The position numbers were made by a program, and so were the translations under genes. DNA of 64,000 bases from Macrostomum lignano (taxonomy: Eukaryota): assembly GCA_002269645.1 (NCBI GenBank), contig NIVC01003745.1, positions 15,156-79,155 of the forward strand, in the 5' to 3' direction. The notes under the pieces are model-generated. The model saw only the letters and a list, made by a program, of their open reading frames with translations, ran no database searches and was not told where the DNA came from. The number at the start of each line of letters is the position of its first letter. The first letter of the stretch is position 1. Shown here piece after piece: positions 49,051 to 60,812 of this stretch.

Positions 49051-49924
49051 TACAACAACACAAACAATGGCCCGAAAGCAGGCAACCAAGAGGCGAAGCT
49101 GAGATGCTGGAGACAGCAAAATCGCGCCATTTATTGCATTATTGACAACAATTAGATAAAGAGAGCCAGAGGCTACACAGTGCTTTCAGAGTTATTCTTA
49201 TTGCTAGGAGAAATTACAGCCACCAAAATTAATTATCCTATTTATTAATGACTAACAATAATCATAATTATCAACTATCAAGAACTGAGGAAAGACAAAA
49301 CAGACAAGATTTTCAACGCTGCTACAAAATTAGAACAGAAGTGTCACTAGTCGATGGAAACAGGGCTACGGACCAACACAGTAGAATATAAGTAACTGGC
49401 TGGCGGATACAAGCATGCCCGGCACTGAACGGGTGCTCATACTCATAATGCCAAATAAAATTTCACTAAAATTCACTAAAATTAAGAACTATAAGTTAAA
49501 AACAATGGGAAAAATTCATGCTACACCTGATAATTTTTATGTTAACATTAAAAAACCACAATGAAGACCTGATTAACAGAGTAATTTAAAACAACAGACA
49601 GTAAATAAAGAACCAAAATTACATCAGCCTCATCATCAAGAATCTGTGACGCCACAACAGTTATAATAAGAACAAAGCAAACGGGCAGTGCGAAAAGAAA
49701 AAAGCGGTGACAGCAAAGCATAAAGCAAAGTAAGCTTTGATTAGCAAAACAAGCTGCAATTTAAAAACAGCTGACTACTAACGGTCTTAATAGGCTACTA
49801 GTACAGCAGGGCACGCCAGTCTACACTGGATTTAGTAGAATAAACAGAGGCAAATAGTAACACCAGAAGTCAGTGATGCCAGCAGCTTGATCAAGGCTGG
49901 TGGGAATAAACACACAGGCACACA

Positions 49925-51095
49925 GGCAATAAATACTAAATAGCGCTAACTAGATGACGAGCCCACTCCCCTATTCAGTAAATAAATACTAAATAGCGCT
50001 AGCTATGATAGATGGCCAGGGTGAGCGCCACTCCCCTATTCAGTAAATAAATACTAAATAGCGCTAGCTATGATAGATGGCCAGGGTGAGCGCCACTCCC
50101 CTATTCAGTAAATAAATACTAAATAGCGCTAGCTATGATAGATGGCCAGGGTGAGCGCCACTCCCCTATTCAGTAAATAAATACTAAATAGCGCTAGCTA
50201 TGATAGATGGCCAGGGTGAGCGCCACTCCCCTATTCAGTAAATAAATACTAAATAGCGCTAGCTATGATAGATGGCCAGGGTGAGCGCCACTCCCCTATT
50301 CAGTAAATAAATACTAAATAGCGCTAGCTATGATAGATGGCCAGGGTGAGCGCCACTCCCCTATTCAGTAAATAAATACTAAATAGCGCTAGCTATGATA
50401 GATGGACAGGGTGAGCGCCACTCCCCTATTCAGTAAATAAATACTAAATAGCGCTAGCTATGATAGATGGCCAGGGTGAGCGCCACTCCCCTATTCAGTA
50501 AATACTAAATAGCGCTAACTATGATAGATGGCCAGGGTGAGCGCCACTCCCCTATTCAGTAAATACTAAAAATAGCACTAACTATGATAGATGGCCAGGG
50601 TGAGCCACTCCCCTATTCAGTAAATACTAAAAATAGCACTAACTATGATAGATGGCCAGGGTGAGCCCACTCCCCTATTCAGTAAACACTAAATAGCACT
50701 AACTATGATAGATGGCCAGGGTGAGCCCACTCCCCTATTCAGTAAACTAAATAGCACTAACTATGATAGATGGCCAGGGTGAGCCACTCCCCTATTCAGT
50801 AAATACTAAATAGCACTAACTATGATAGATGGCCAGGGTGAGCCCACTCCCCTATTCAGTAAACTAAATAGCACTAACTATGATAGATGGCCAGGGTGAG
50901 CCACTCCCCTATTCAGTAAATACTAAATAGCACTAACTATGATAGATGGCCAGGGTGAGCCCACTCCCCTATTCAGTAAACTAAATAGCACTAACTATGA
51001 TAGATGGCCAGGGTGAGCCCACTCCCCTATTCAGTAAACTAAATAGCACTAACTATGATAGATGGCCAGGGTGAGCCCACTCCCCTATTCAGTAA
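49925..51095. repeat. 58-65-bp minisatellite, about x18, with a polar divergence gradient
   Basis: Core ATGATAGATGGCCAGGGTGAGC..ACTCCCCTATTCAGTAAA. Left units carry AAATAAATAC and GCGCTAGCT; right units are shorter and carry GCACTAACT. Confidence 0.93.
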
Positions 51096-51343
51096 AAATA
51101 TGAAAATTGCTACTCGGAGGAAAAAATCATTAATTTAACTATCAAAAATTGAATATTGAATATAATGAATGAAAACTCAGACATAAGGTTCCATGAATTC
51201 TTTGGAACAAGCATTTTGCAGGACTAACAATTTAGAATGGACTGGAAGCGACAGACGGCTTCCAATCCATAGGATTCAGGTGTCCATGGGAATAACTGCA
51301 CAGGAACTCGAACACGAAACCATCCCGGGGCCAACACAGGCCC

Positions 51344-53224
51344 TCAGCCCCACACCATGAGGGCGGACTCGCCCGAGGCGGTGATCCGCCGGGCCATCAG
51401 GCGGCAGGCGTGGATGGAGAAGTCCGGATCGCCCAGTCGGCGGGCCAGGGCCGGGCAGCAGGGAGCCGCATCTGGCGGCAGCAGCTTCCGCTCCCATGGC
51501 AGCTCGAAGGGGTTCCGGCTGAGATCGGTGGCCGGAAGAAATGAGAGAGCGGCAGAAGCTGGCACCGGAGGCCCAGCGCTAAGGGGAGCAGCCAAGTGGT
51601 CGGCAGAGCTGAGCTCAGCAAAGCAGGAGTTCACCCGCCTGATGGAAGTCGCTGGAGGGCCGCAGGCGGCAGCAGAAGCAGCAGCAGGCAGCAGAACTTT
51701 GCGTTTCTTGCCGCCATGCTTGCCGCGATACACAATTCTGGCGGTCTTGAACACGGGCCTGGGGGTCCAGCACAGGTAAAGTGGCGGTCTGGGCGCCACG
51801 GCCTCAACGGGAGTAGCGGAGCCGCAATCGGTAGGCGAGTCTACCATTGACTGGGGGCTGCTGCTGCTGCTACTGGTGCCCGAGTGGCTATCGTTGCCAT
51901 TGGTAACGCAGGCCGCCATGGGGCTGGGCGTTGTGGCTCGTGAGATTCCATTGCTTGCCCGTTCAACCTTGGCTGCGTGAAATCGCTGCACGTGACGCTT
52001 CGGCGATGAGGTGCCGGAGAAAGCTTCGTCGCAATTATCGCATTCCATTCGCTTTCTTTTTGCAGTATTTTCTGACTCAGGCTTGCGAGACTTCAAACAA
52101 GGCAACTGAGGATTGGCATTTTTCTTACAAGCAGCTATGGGGACAGGAGCAGACTGCTTTTTCCCGGCCTTGCCTGAGCCTGCGTTTGACTTTCTTCTAA
52201 TAAACTCGTCAAATTCGATTTCCACTTTACTAGCGGACTGGCTGGTTGCATCTCCGCTGAACTGCTCTGCCTCCGCTGTGTTTGATCGCTGGCGCCTGTC
52301 GGACTGGAATTTCTTTGAAACGTGGGCGCGCAATTTTTTTGCTTGACTACCAGCGCCGGCTTTCGCCTTCTTGCCAATAAAGAGTTTAACTTTCTCTCCG
52401 ATCTCGGGCTTGTCTTTATGATGTCTGCGGTTGTGGCGATACAGTGACGACTTGGTAGCGAAGGAGCGCCTGCACAATACGCAGCTCGCCGAGCCGGGCA
52501 CATTAACCTCGCCGTTGGATTTCTCAGAGGCAGATTTGACAGCCGATTGTGTCTCTGACGGAGCAGAGGCCGGAACACTGCTTGTCTCGGAGCACACTGG
52601 AACTGTGGCGGATGCAGTTCTCTGAAAACTTTTGCTACCTTCAGTCTTGCTCTGGCTGGCAGCGCCAACGCAGCCTCGCTGAAGGTGCCGAAGCAGAACA
52701 ACTTGGTGGCGAAACGACTTCGAGCAATGGCGGCAAGATGAAGGCTCCGGCTTGCCATTTCTGTTAGCGCAGCTCACCTTACTGTCTTTCACCTCTCTTA
52801 CTGAAGGTAAGCCATTCAGTTGCCTCCTGCTTGGCAGTTTTGCAGACAGCACTTTGGCTGCTCCGTTTGCTGCAGAATTCTTTTTCTCACCATGAGTATT
52901 TTTACGCGGCTTCGGGCCCCGCTTCTTCGCTGGACTTGACTGGAAGACAGCCTGCCTCCCAGCATCTCCCTCATCTTTGCCGCTACTGTTGGAAATACTT
53001 CCAGCAGGGACCTGCACACCGTTTACGAGCCCAGCAGATGGAGCTTTCAGCTTCTTGGTTCTCGCCGCAACCTTTTGCTGCCTGCAGTGACAGACCATGT
53101 GAGTGCTGAGGCGCTGGCTGCTGAGAAACACCTTGCGGCACAGGCGGCAACTGGGACTGCGGTTTGCCGTTTTCGTCTCAGGTCGCCCACCAGCACCCGC
53201 TCTTAGCTGCCTTCGATCTTTCAT
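51344..53224 (-). CDS. C2H2 zinc-finger protein with four dispersed fingers, basic and Ser-rich
   Basis: Uninterrupted ORF 51344-53296 with the first in-frame ATG at 53224. Fingers CRLC..F...RL.THMVCH, CRHC..F...VL.RHLQRGC, CVLC..F...SL.RHNRRH, CDNC..F....KRHVQRFH. A splice acceptor TATTTCAG lies at 53278-77. Confidence 0.75.
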   Translation of the reverse strand: MKDRRQLRAGAGGRPETKTANRSPSCRLCRKVFLSSQRLSTHMVCHCRQQKVAARTKKLKAPSAGLVNGVQVPAGSISNSSGKDEGDAGRQAVFQSSPAKKRGPKPRKNTHGEKKNSAANGAAKVLSAKLPSRRQLNGLPSVREVKDSKVSCANRNGKPEPSSCRHCSKSFRHQVVLLRHLQRGCVGAASQSKTEGSKSFQRTASATVPVCSETSSVPASAPSETQSAVKSASEKSNGEVNVPGSASCVLCRRSFATKSSLYRHNRRHHKDKPEIGEKVKLFIGKKAKAGAGSQAKKLRAHVSKKFQSDRRQRSNTAEAEQFSGDATSQSASKVEIEFDEFIRRKSNAGSGKAGKKQSAPVPIAACKKNANPQLPCLKSRKPESENTAKRKRMECDNCDEAFSGTSSPKRHVQRFHAAKVERASNGISRATTPSPMAACVTNGNDSHSGTSSSSSSPQSMVDSPTDCGSATPVEAVAPRPPLYLCWTPRPVFKTARIVYRGKHGGKKRKVLLPAAASAAACGPPATSIRRVNSCFAELSSADHLAAPLSAGPPVPASAALSFLPATDLSRNPFELPWERKLLPPDAAPCCPALARRLGDPDFSIHACRLMARRITASGESALMVWG

Positions 53225-53706
53225 ATCTAGATTAAGAAGACTCAAATCGGAATCAGCATACCACAGTGCTGTGCACCTGAAATACACATTAGTCATTATG
53301 AGCTTACTTGGGCAATTTCCAAATGTATTTAAAATTTCAAAATCTATTTTAAGCTTTATAAATATAAAAAAACGGTTACTTCTAGTCTAAGGAGGCCTTG
53401 GTACATAAGCTAAACAAACATGGGAAGCTAAACAAGACGAGACTAGGCAAATAGGCACGGCACCTAAGTTTGACAAATAAAGAGACAATTTGCGGCTTTC
53501 AATTGTGAACAAACAAATGCAACTTTGATGCTACTGTGTATTTCCATATAACCAGAGTTGAACTCGCACACAAAAGAGCCGATCTAACGGAACCAGTGAT
53601 GAACAAGGAAAGCAATAGAAGAATAGAATTAGCAAAACCAAAACTGAAACCAAGCTGACCATGGAAACTCAATCCACGCACAGGTCAGATTGGCAGAATC
53701 GGCAGC

Positions 53707-55320
53707 TCAGGTGTATAAGTAGGCGGAGGAGCCGTTGGCGCCTGGCTGGCGGCACAACAGCCGCATGACGCGGTCTGAGTTGGGCGGCCAGGCGGGCCGG
53801 CAGTAGCGCAGCGGCTGGCAGGCGAGCGCAGGCCGGAAGGCGGCCATGGCGGCCGGGTCAGGCGGCAGCAGCCGGTGCGGCTCGCCGTCACAGTCGGCCT
53901 CGGCCACGAAGGCAACAAAGGCGGCGGCCGGCACGCGGCGCATCTGGCAGACGCTGAGCAGCTGGGCGGGCAGGCCGGTCAGCAGGTTCGGTGGCTCCAG
54001 TTGCTGCACGGCGTCACCTGCCGCCCTGTGGGACAATTTTGTATTGAGGCCTATTGCCTGAGTTTGTATTGAGTAACAAAGACCTGTCAATCACTCACTT
54101 GCCCTGTCCGAGCATGGCGCTGGACCGCAGGCAGCGCAGCAGGGGGCCAACCAGAGAGGAGGCCGGCTCAGCCGACTGGAAGCTCGTCAGCGGCTGCGTG
54201 CCCAGCACCGCCAGATCCAGCGATTCGACGTCCAGCACAGACAGCAGCAGCTCCACGAACTCGTGACAGTCGGCAGGAGGAACTGGGGCGGCGGCGTGGC
54301 AGACCAGCACCTGCGTGCGATGGGGAAACTGCGTCACAGGCTGCACTGATCAGCTTCATCATCCACACCAATCAGCTCCATCACCCACACCAATCAGCTC
54401 CATCACCCACACCAATCAGCTCCATCACCCACACCAATCAGCTCCATCACCCACACCAATCAGCTCCATCACCCACACCAATCAGCTCCATCACCCACAC
54501 CAATCAGCTCCATCACCCACACCAATCAGCTCCATCACCCACACCAATCAGCTCCATCACCCACACCAATCAGCTCCATCACCCACACCAATCAGCTCCA
54601 TCACCCACACCAATCAGCTTCATCACCCACACCAATCAGCTTCATCACCCACACCAATCAGCTTCATCACCCACACCAATCAGCTTCATCACCCACACCA
54701 ATCAGCTTCATCACCCACACCAATCAGCTTCATCACCCACACCAATCAGCTCCATCACCCACACCAATCAGCTTCATCACCCACACCAATCAGCTTCATC
54801 ACCCACACCAATCAGCATGAGTACGAGTGGTCGTTTGCGTACAGTATTGGCGCACTTTTATGTGTGTCTCAGCGCTGGTTGTGTGACATAGTGTGTCGCC
54901 AAAGGCGTTGCACCCTCCCACCAACCTGCGGGTTGCACTTCAGCCGATACAAGAAGCAGCCAAAGTCCCCCAGCGCAGTCTGCCCCAGGCTGTTGGCCAG
55001 CCCAGCCTCCGGGAAGCCACAGCTGATGAGGCCCAGAATCTCAGCGTCATCGCCCAGAACGCAGGCGGTTAGGAAGCCGCAGGCGGCGGGCCCGACGCCA
55101 ACCAGCAGGGTGCTGCAGTCGAGGACCCGCCGGTCCCCAGCCGCCAGCTGCTGCGAGCAGCGGGGCTGAGGCGCATCGCGCAGCTCCGGACATCGGAGGC
55201 CTTCAAACGGCCACTGTCGCCTCCTTGATCCTCGCCGCCGTCCCAGTCGGAGTCCTCGGAGTCGTCAACGGCGCGGGAGAACTCAGGCAGCCGCTTGGGA
55301 AACGGGCCGTCGGCGGCCAT
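53707..55320 (-). CDS. PSMG1: Proteasome assembly chaperone 1 (PSMG1/PAC1)
   Basis: Exons 55320-54926 (one base short at 55162-65), 54310-54099, 54025-53707. Motifs FSRAVDDSEDS, LLVGVG..ACGFL, FLYRLKCNPQVLVC, LEPPNLLTGLPAQLLSVCQ...PA, and a C-terminal YLYT* resembling the conserved PSMG1 terminus. Confidence 0.8.
54360..54815. repeat. Intronic 23-bp minisatellite, about x20 (CCAATCAGCTCCATCACCCACAC)
   Basis: PSMG1 intron 1. Confidence 0.93.
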
Positions 55321-56224
55321 GGAGAAGCAAGAATTTGTGGCAACTGCGGCTTGGCGAGCAAAACTGAAGCGGTTTGTTCAGTGCAACTGCCATCAGCTCT
55401 GGTGTGAGATAAAGTCAAACGAATATTAATTGTACAGCAGTCTGTAAATTAACTTTGACAGCAGTCTGTAAGCTAATTTTGACAGCAGTTTGTAAACTAA
55501 TCTTTATAGCACTCAGTAATAATTTTTACTAAAATAAATATAGGTTATAATTTTTAGCATATACAAATGGAAGGATTAAACTTTTTTTAAAATAAAAACC
55601 TCCTTACATAGTTACATTGTCATTGCTTCTTTTATGATTCATAGATGACCCATCCCCCCCCTAGTCCATTATGCTAAGCATGTAGCAGCCTAATTAGCAT
55701 TAACTTAGTATGCTAGTGTGCCAAGTATGCCAGACAAAATGCACTAGTGCACCAGGTGTGCCAGCAGTGAGTCTAAAATCTCTTAGCTGCTGACTCCAGT
55801 ATTGATATAAACATTTATATAAATTTAATCCATCCCAGTCATTTTGTCCTCTGTCCAGTGCGTGCTCCCAATGCTTGAACGATTTCTTTATGCTATTTAA
55901 ACTACCGTTTTGGGCTCTATCATTTTCATGCTCTTCCATCTCCTCTGTTTTCTTCTCCTTTTATGTTAAATTTGCATTGTTTTCGATTGACTACCAAGCC
56001 TATTTAGCCCAACCGCAAAGTTTATTAATTTTAGTTTAATTTCTTTATTGTAACTTAGCACCCCGGTATAGCTGCGAACCAATCTCTGTTGACAAATTAA
56101 TTACCTTAACCCACCTGCTACTCATCATCAGACACCTAGCCTTTTTTTGCTTGAATAATAATATTAATTACCATAATAAGTTATGCCAATTAATTTTTTG
56201 TTGATCATTAAGCCATAGCCCATC

Positions 56225-57997
56225 TTGAGTTATTTGCCCGTGGTCCTTGTGAATCTGGACATCGCCACAACCTATCCCACAGTCGTCAGGATGGAGCTGC
56301 CAGATAATCTAACGTTTGGTGAGTTCAAACAACGATTGTCTGAACGTTTTACGCATGTGGCCGACACGCTGGAGTACCGGGAGCAGTTCCGAAGCTGCCA
56401 GCAAGGCAAGAACGAGAGCATTGACGACTAATCAGTCGACTAATTGCTCGGGCCGATAGAGCATTTCCGCATTTTACCCCGGTTCAGAAGCAGGCTAAAC
56501 TGGTGGATCAAATTCACTGTGGGAGTGCGAATCGCTCAGTCGGCCAGAGAGCAGCTAATCCTGGTGCGACCGCAGAACCTGACCGCAGCGAGACGGGCCG
56601 TGCTACGCCTCGAGACAGCAGCTAGCCTGGCTCAGCGAGTAGCACCGCCGCCAGCAGCGAGACATGTCCGGGTTCTCGAGGATGACAACAGTTAGCCGCC
56701 CAGCAGCAGCAGCGGCAGCAACAGTCGAGTTCGCGCCCGCCGCCCTATCAGCTGCGGCGAAAAATGCAATGTGCTACAGGTGCAACCGCGAGCATCGCGC
56801 CGAAGAGTGCCCACACCGACGGTCGACCAGCACCGCGTCCCAGCGCAACGGCAGCTCGGGAAACGGGACGGCTGGACGCGCCATCGGGGGCAGCGCCATC
56901 TAGCAGCCGAGCCAGCACTAAAGTCCCCGCTGCGGACTTTAGTCGCTCGCCAGGCCACTGCTGAGACCGCCTCCGCCGCACCTGTACAGAACCCTGCACC
57001 CAAGCGACCTCGAAGGGATCCGTTTTTAACTGATGAGATTCAAGGCCGTTATTTTGCTTTTCTGCTTGACACCGGCTCCAAGTGCGAAGTCCTAGGATTC
57101 AGCATCTGGCACCGACTATGTACCGACGACCCGACCCTGCGTGGCCAAATCGAGCCCTGCCTGTAGCGCATCGTGACCTATAACGGAGAACCTATTCAAA
57201 TGGCAGGCCAATTATCTATTAAAGTTAGAATTGGAAATTTCGAGCCTACAGTCAAGTTTCTGCTAGCGAAAGGATCGCATGACAACATCCTGGGTTTCGA
57301 GTTCCTGGAAAAGTACAGCAACTCCCTAGAGTGTGAACTCAAGTCCAGTTGAAGTTAAATTGCCAGAATCATCGCTAGTAGGTCTAGCCAAGCCAGTGCG
57401 AGCTAGAGAACTTACTATCTATCTAGCGAGATAAATCAATCAGAGCCAGTTACCGGACGTGTCAATCAGGCGCAATCTAAAGACGAATCTTGGATTAGTG
57501 AAATTAACATTAGCGAAAAATTAACAAAGGAGCAAAGAGAGAAAGTGATTCAGCTCGTGTGAGAACACGGTGAAGCCCTTTCGCAGAATGAATTGGACAT
57601 GGGCTTAACTCAGTTAGTGACGCATGAAATTTCATTAAAAGATTAAACACCTGTTAGGATTCCGAATAGAAGGATTCCCTCTCATCCCCAGAAGCAGGTT
57701 GACGCTCAGTTAGATGACATGCTAGCTAAGAATTTAATCCGACCATGTTACTCTACGTACTCAACACCCTTGGTGATTGTATCCAAGAAGGATGGTACTA
57801 ATCGCATTGTGAGTGATTTCAGAGTACTGAAGTCTAGAGTAAATTACTTCTATCTGTTGCCTAATATTCAGGAAGCATTCTCGCATTTGATGGGCAGTCA
57901 GTATTTTAGTAGCATTGATGACCTAAATTCTGGTTATTGGCAGGTTCCAATCAAAGAAGAGCATAAATTCATGACTGCTATATTAATGAGTTATTAA
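56225..57997 (+). mobile_element. Decayed Ty3/Gypsy gag-pol fragment (gag, zinc knuckle, protease, start of RT)
   Basis: gag-like F.EFK..L.ERF....EYR.QF....Q..NESID, knuckle CYRCNREHRAEEC (about 56770), protease FLLDTGS (about 57060), RT start ML..NLIRP..S.YS.P.V.V.KKDG..R...DFR.L...LPNI.E....L.GS.YFS..DL.SGYWQVP. Many stops and frameshifts; no LTRs identified. Confidence 0.85.
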
Positions 57998-58118
57998 TGA
58001 GTATATTAATGATCAATTTAATAAAGTACAGAACCCTGGTTCTGTACCAGAAATATCTTTTTCAAAAATCACAAAGTATAGTATTCAAAACTTTCATTTA
58101 CCTTGTACTACAAGTCAA

Positions 58119-60812
58119 ATGTTTCACTTAATACAATATTTTGGGCTTCTTTTTGGTAACTTATTTGATATTGAAAATGAGATTTGGTGTCTATTCTTAT
58201 ACCATCATTTATTCATTGATATTGTGTTTTCACCATACAGTGATAATGCAATGAATGATGACCCTATATATTTCCAACATTTAATTGCCTATCAAATAGA
58301 AAAAGTCTTTGAATTTACCAATAATAATCCAAAATATAAATGTAAGCTTCATTTTATTTGTCACTATCCAGATCTATACATTCTATATATTGGTTTGTAT
58401 TATCTTTGGACTATGCAAAGTGAATCACAACATCAAGTGGTAAAAATATCAGTAGAAAGTCAAGAAATTATAAAAAATATTGCATTGATATATGCTATAA
58501 AGTTTTAAGTACAAAAGGCATTGATAATTTCTAGTTATGTACTTCTTGAGTTTCAATATTCTAAACTATCACCAGTGGCACTTGATTCATTCTTGCAATA
58601 TTTTGGTCAATTAAAGCTATGTGAAAAAAAAATAAACCATAGAAGTCTTAGTGACATTTGTTTCTCTTCAAAAGATCATTTTTTATAGGTGTTCATTATT
58701 TAACTCCAACAGTAAATAAGAGGTTTGTTGTTCTAGTTGCTAACAATAATAATGCCATAGAATTTTTACTTATTGACAATATATTCTAAGTCCAAAATGC
58801 ATGGGTCATAGTCTGCAAGCAAGTAAAAAGTACTTTTATCTATAATCTAAATTCTTTTTATGTATAGTTGATAATGATAGTATAGTTATAATTCAGCCTA
58901 GGGAGCATTTATTACATAAAGCAGTTCCATTAGTGCTATTAAATGGTCACCTATATGCTTCCTTAAAATATAGTTTTAATATAAATTAAAGTAGATCAAG
59001 CAATTAGTCATAAATTCTAATGTAATGATGTATGTAGAGTCTTTAGACTCTATGCAAAACAAAAGCAGTTATCTTGGTTTCTAGTATCCTCTTGTAGGGT
59101 TAATGAAGATTGTCAATGGCAGTCTGACAACACAAATATCATGGTAGCTATACTGGTTTTCTAGATATTTCCTGCTATAAAAGATTCTAATTTGCTGCCA
59201 GTTGGTTTGGTTTACTTTTGTGTCTTACAGAGTCTATAAGAATACTTATTTCATATTTCATATTTTATCTTCTGTCTACACTTTAAGGAGTCAAAGGAGT
59301 CTTGTAGGGTAGAGTGTCTAATATATGCAGCTTATCTCAGAAGCAATGGGAAATTGGGGATAAGTTGGGAAATCATACACACACACACATAACATATACA
59401 CAGCAGAAAAGTATAGAACCTTAAAAACTTATATTATTCTCCCAGCTTATAAACAGACTCTAGGTGTCGATCCCACAAACTTTCATTTTAGCTTCAAATT
59501 AGCAACTGTAATAAGTCATTGAAGAAGCTTATTGTAGCTTCATCTCACACTGCTCTGCTATTGCAAGGCTGTTCTAAGCTAGGAATTAATGCCATTGAAG
59601 GCATACGAATCCTGACATTAGTCCCATTGGATGGATTTGAAGTCGATGGAGATGAGTTCCTTCCTGAGCTTAGCAAGGCAAGAAGCGAGCTTTTCTTCAT
59701 TGAGCCTAGCCAGTCTTTGCCTGAGCAATGCTTGTCTGGTAGAGCGGCAACATCTGGTGGAGCGGCAGTGTCTAGTGGAGTGGCAGCGTCTAGTGGAGTG
59801 GCAGCATCTGGTGGAGTGGCAGCATCTAGTGGAGCGGCAGTGTCTGGTCTAGTGGAGTGGCAGCATCTGGTAGAGTGGCAGCATCTGGTGGAGCGGCAGC
59901 ATCTGGTAGAGCAGCAGTGTCTAGTGGAGTACTAGCATTTGCCTTACTAAAGCAGATGCCTAAAACAGCTGCAGTGCATGAGGTGGAATCTCATATCCAA
60001 ATCTCAAGAATGCCATGGCCCACCATCTATTCATTGCCACCAATGCAAGATTTGGATTTAGCCCTTCAGGATCTACATTGCACTCCATCGAAAGGACCAG
60101 ATTCAATGTTAAAAGGAAGCTTTGTCAATAAGTTTTTGAAATACATAATCATTGACATCTTTAACAAGTACAAAGACAAGCATGACCTATATCTTAAGGG
60201 TCATGAGTTTGACAATGTATGCTGCTCAATTGTTGCTGCATTTCTAGGGCTGCGTGATGGATCCAGTGAAGGAGTCCAGTTTTGGTGGAAAAGGATTCAT
60301 TGTAATCTTAAAGAATTAAGATCAATGATACTCAGAGTGCAGCAGTCCTGTGGTAATGGAACTCTGACGCAAGCATGGGCAGAAACGAACGAGAGTTGAG
60401 ACTGAGGCCAACAAAGAAAATGATGACAATTATGACAATGACGAAGATGACAGCAAAGAAGAACCTGCTCCAGTATTTGTTCTGCACTATCAAGAAACAA
60501 CAAGAGCTTGAATTATACAAGCCATTGGCATTAGCACCCATGCTTCTTCAGGAGGCATTTTTTATGATCAAAATATATAATTCAAAGTGCAAGTCAGACT
60601 ACATCCTGCCCCATTCACCTGAAGACATTAAGTTAAATGTCTATGCTGCTCTGCATATTATATGGGACAAGCGTTTATTGATGAAGCAGTTCAAGTTGTG
60701 TAAAAGGGTTGTTGAAAGTAATGCAGAGTCCGAAGATAAAGTGCTCCAAAATGGCATCTCTTTGCTTCTTGGCTGCTTGAAGCTGGATCCAGACTTTGAT
60801 TTTTTCCTCTGA
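58119..60812 (+). mobile_element. Highly decayed DNA-transposon remnant, probably CACTA/EnSpm-like (transposase C-terminus plus accessory ORF)
   Basis: K.HFICHYP.L......LWTMQSESQH..VK..V.SQ..IKNI resembles the HY..HYP....GP...WTMRFE.KH..FK...NFKN block of animal EnSpm-type transposases. Y....EFDNVC.SIV..F..L.D.....WWK.I...L..LR resembles the accessory ORF of such elements. Recalled by eye only; no TIRs found. Confidence 0.45.
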
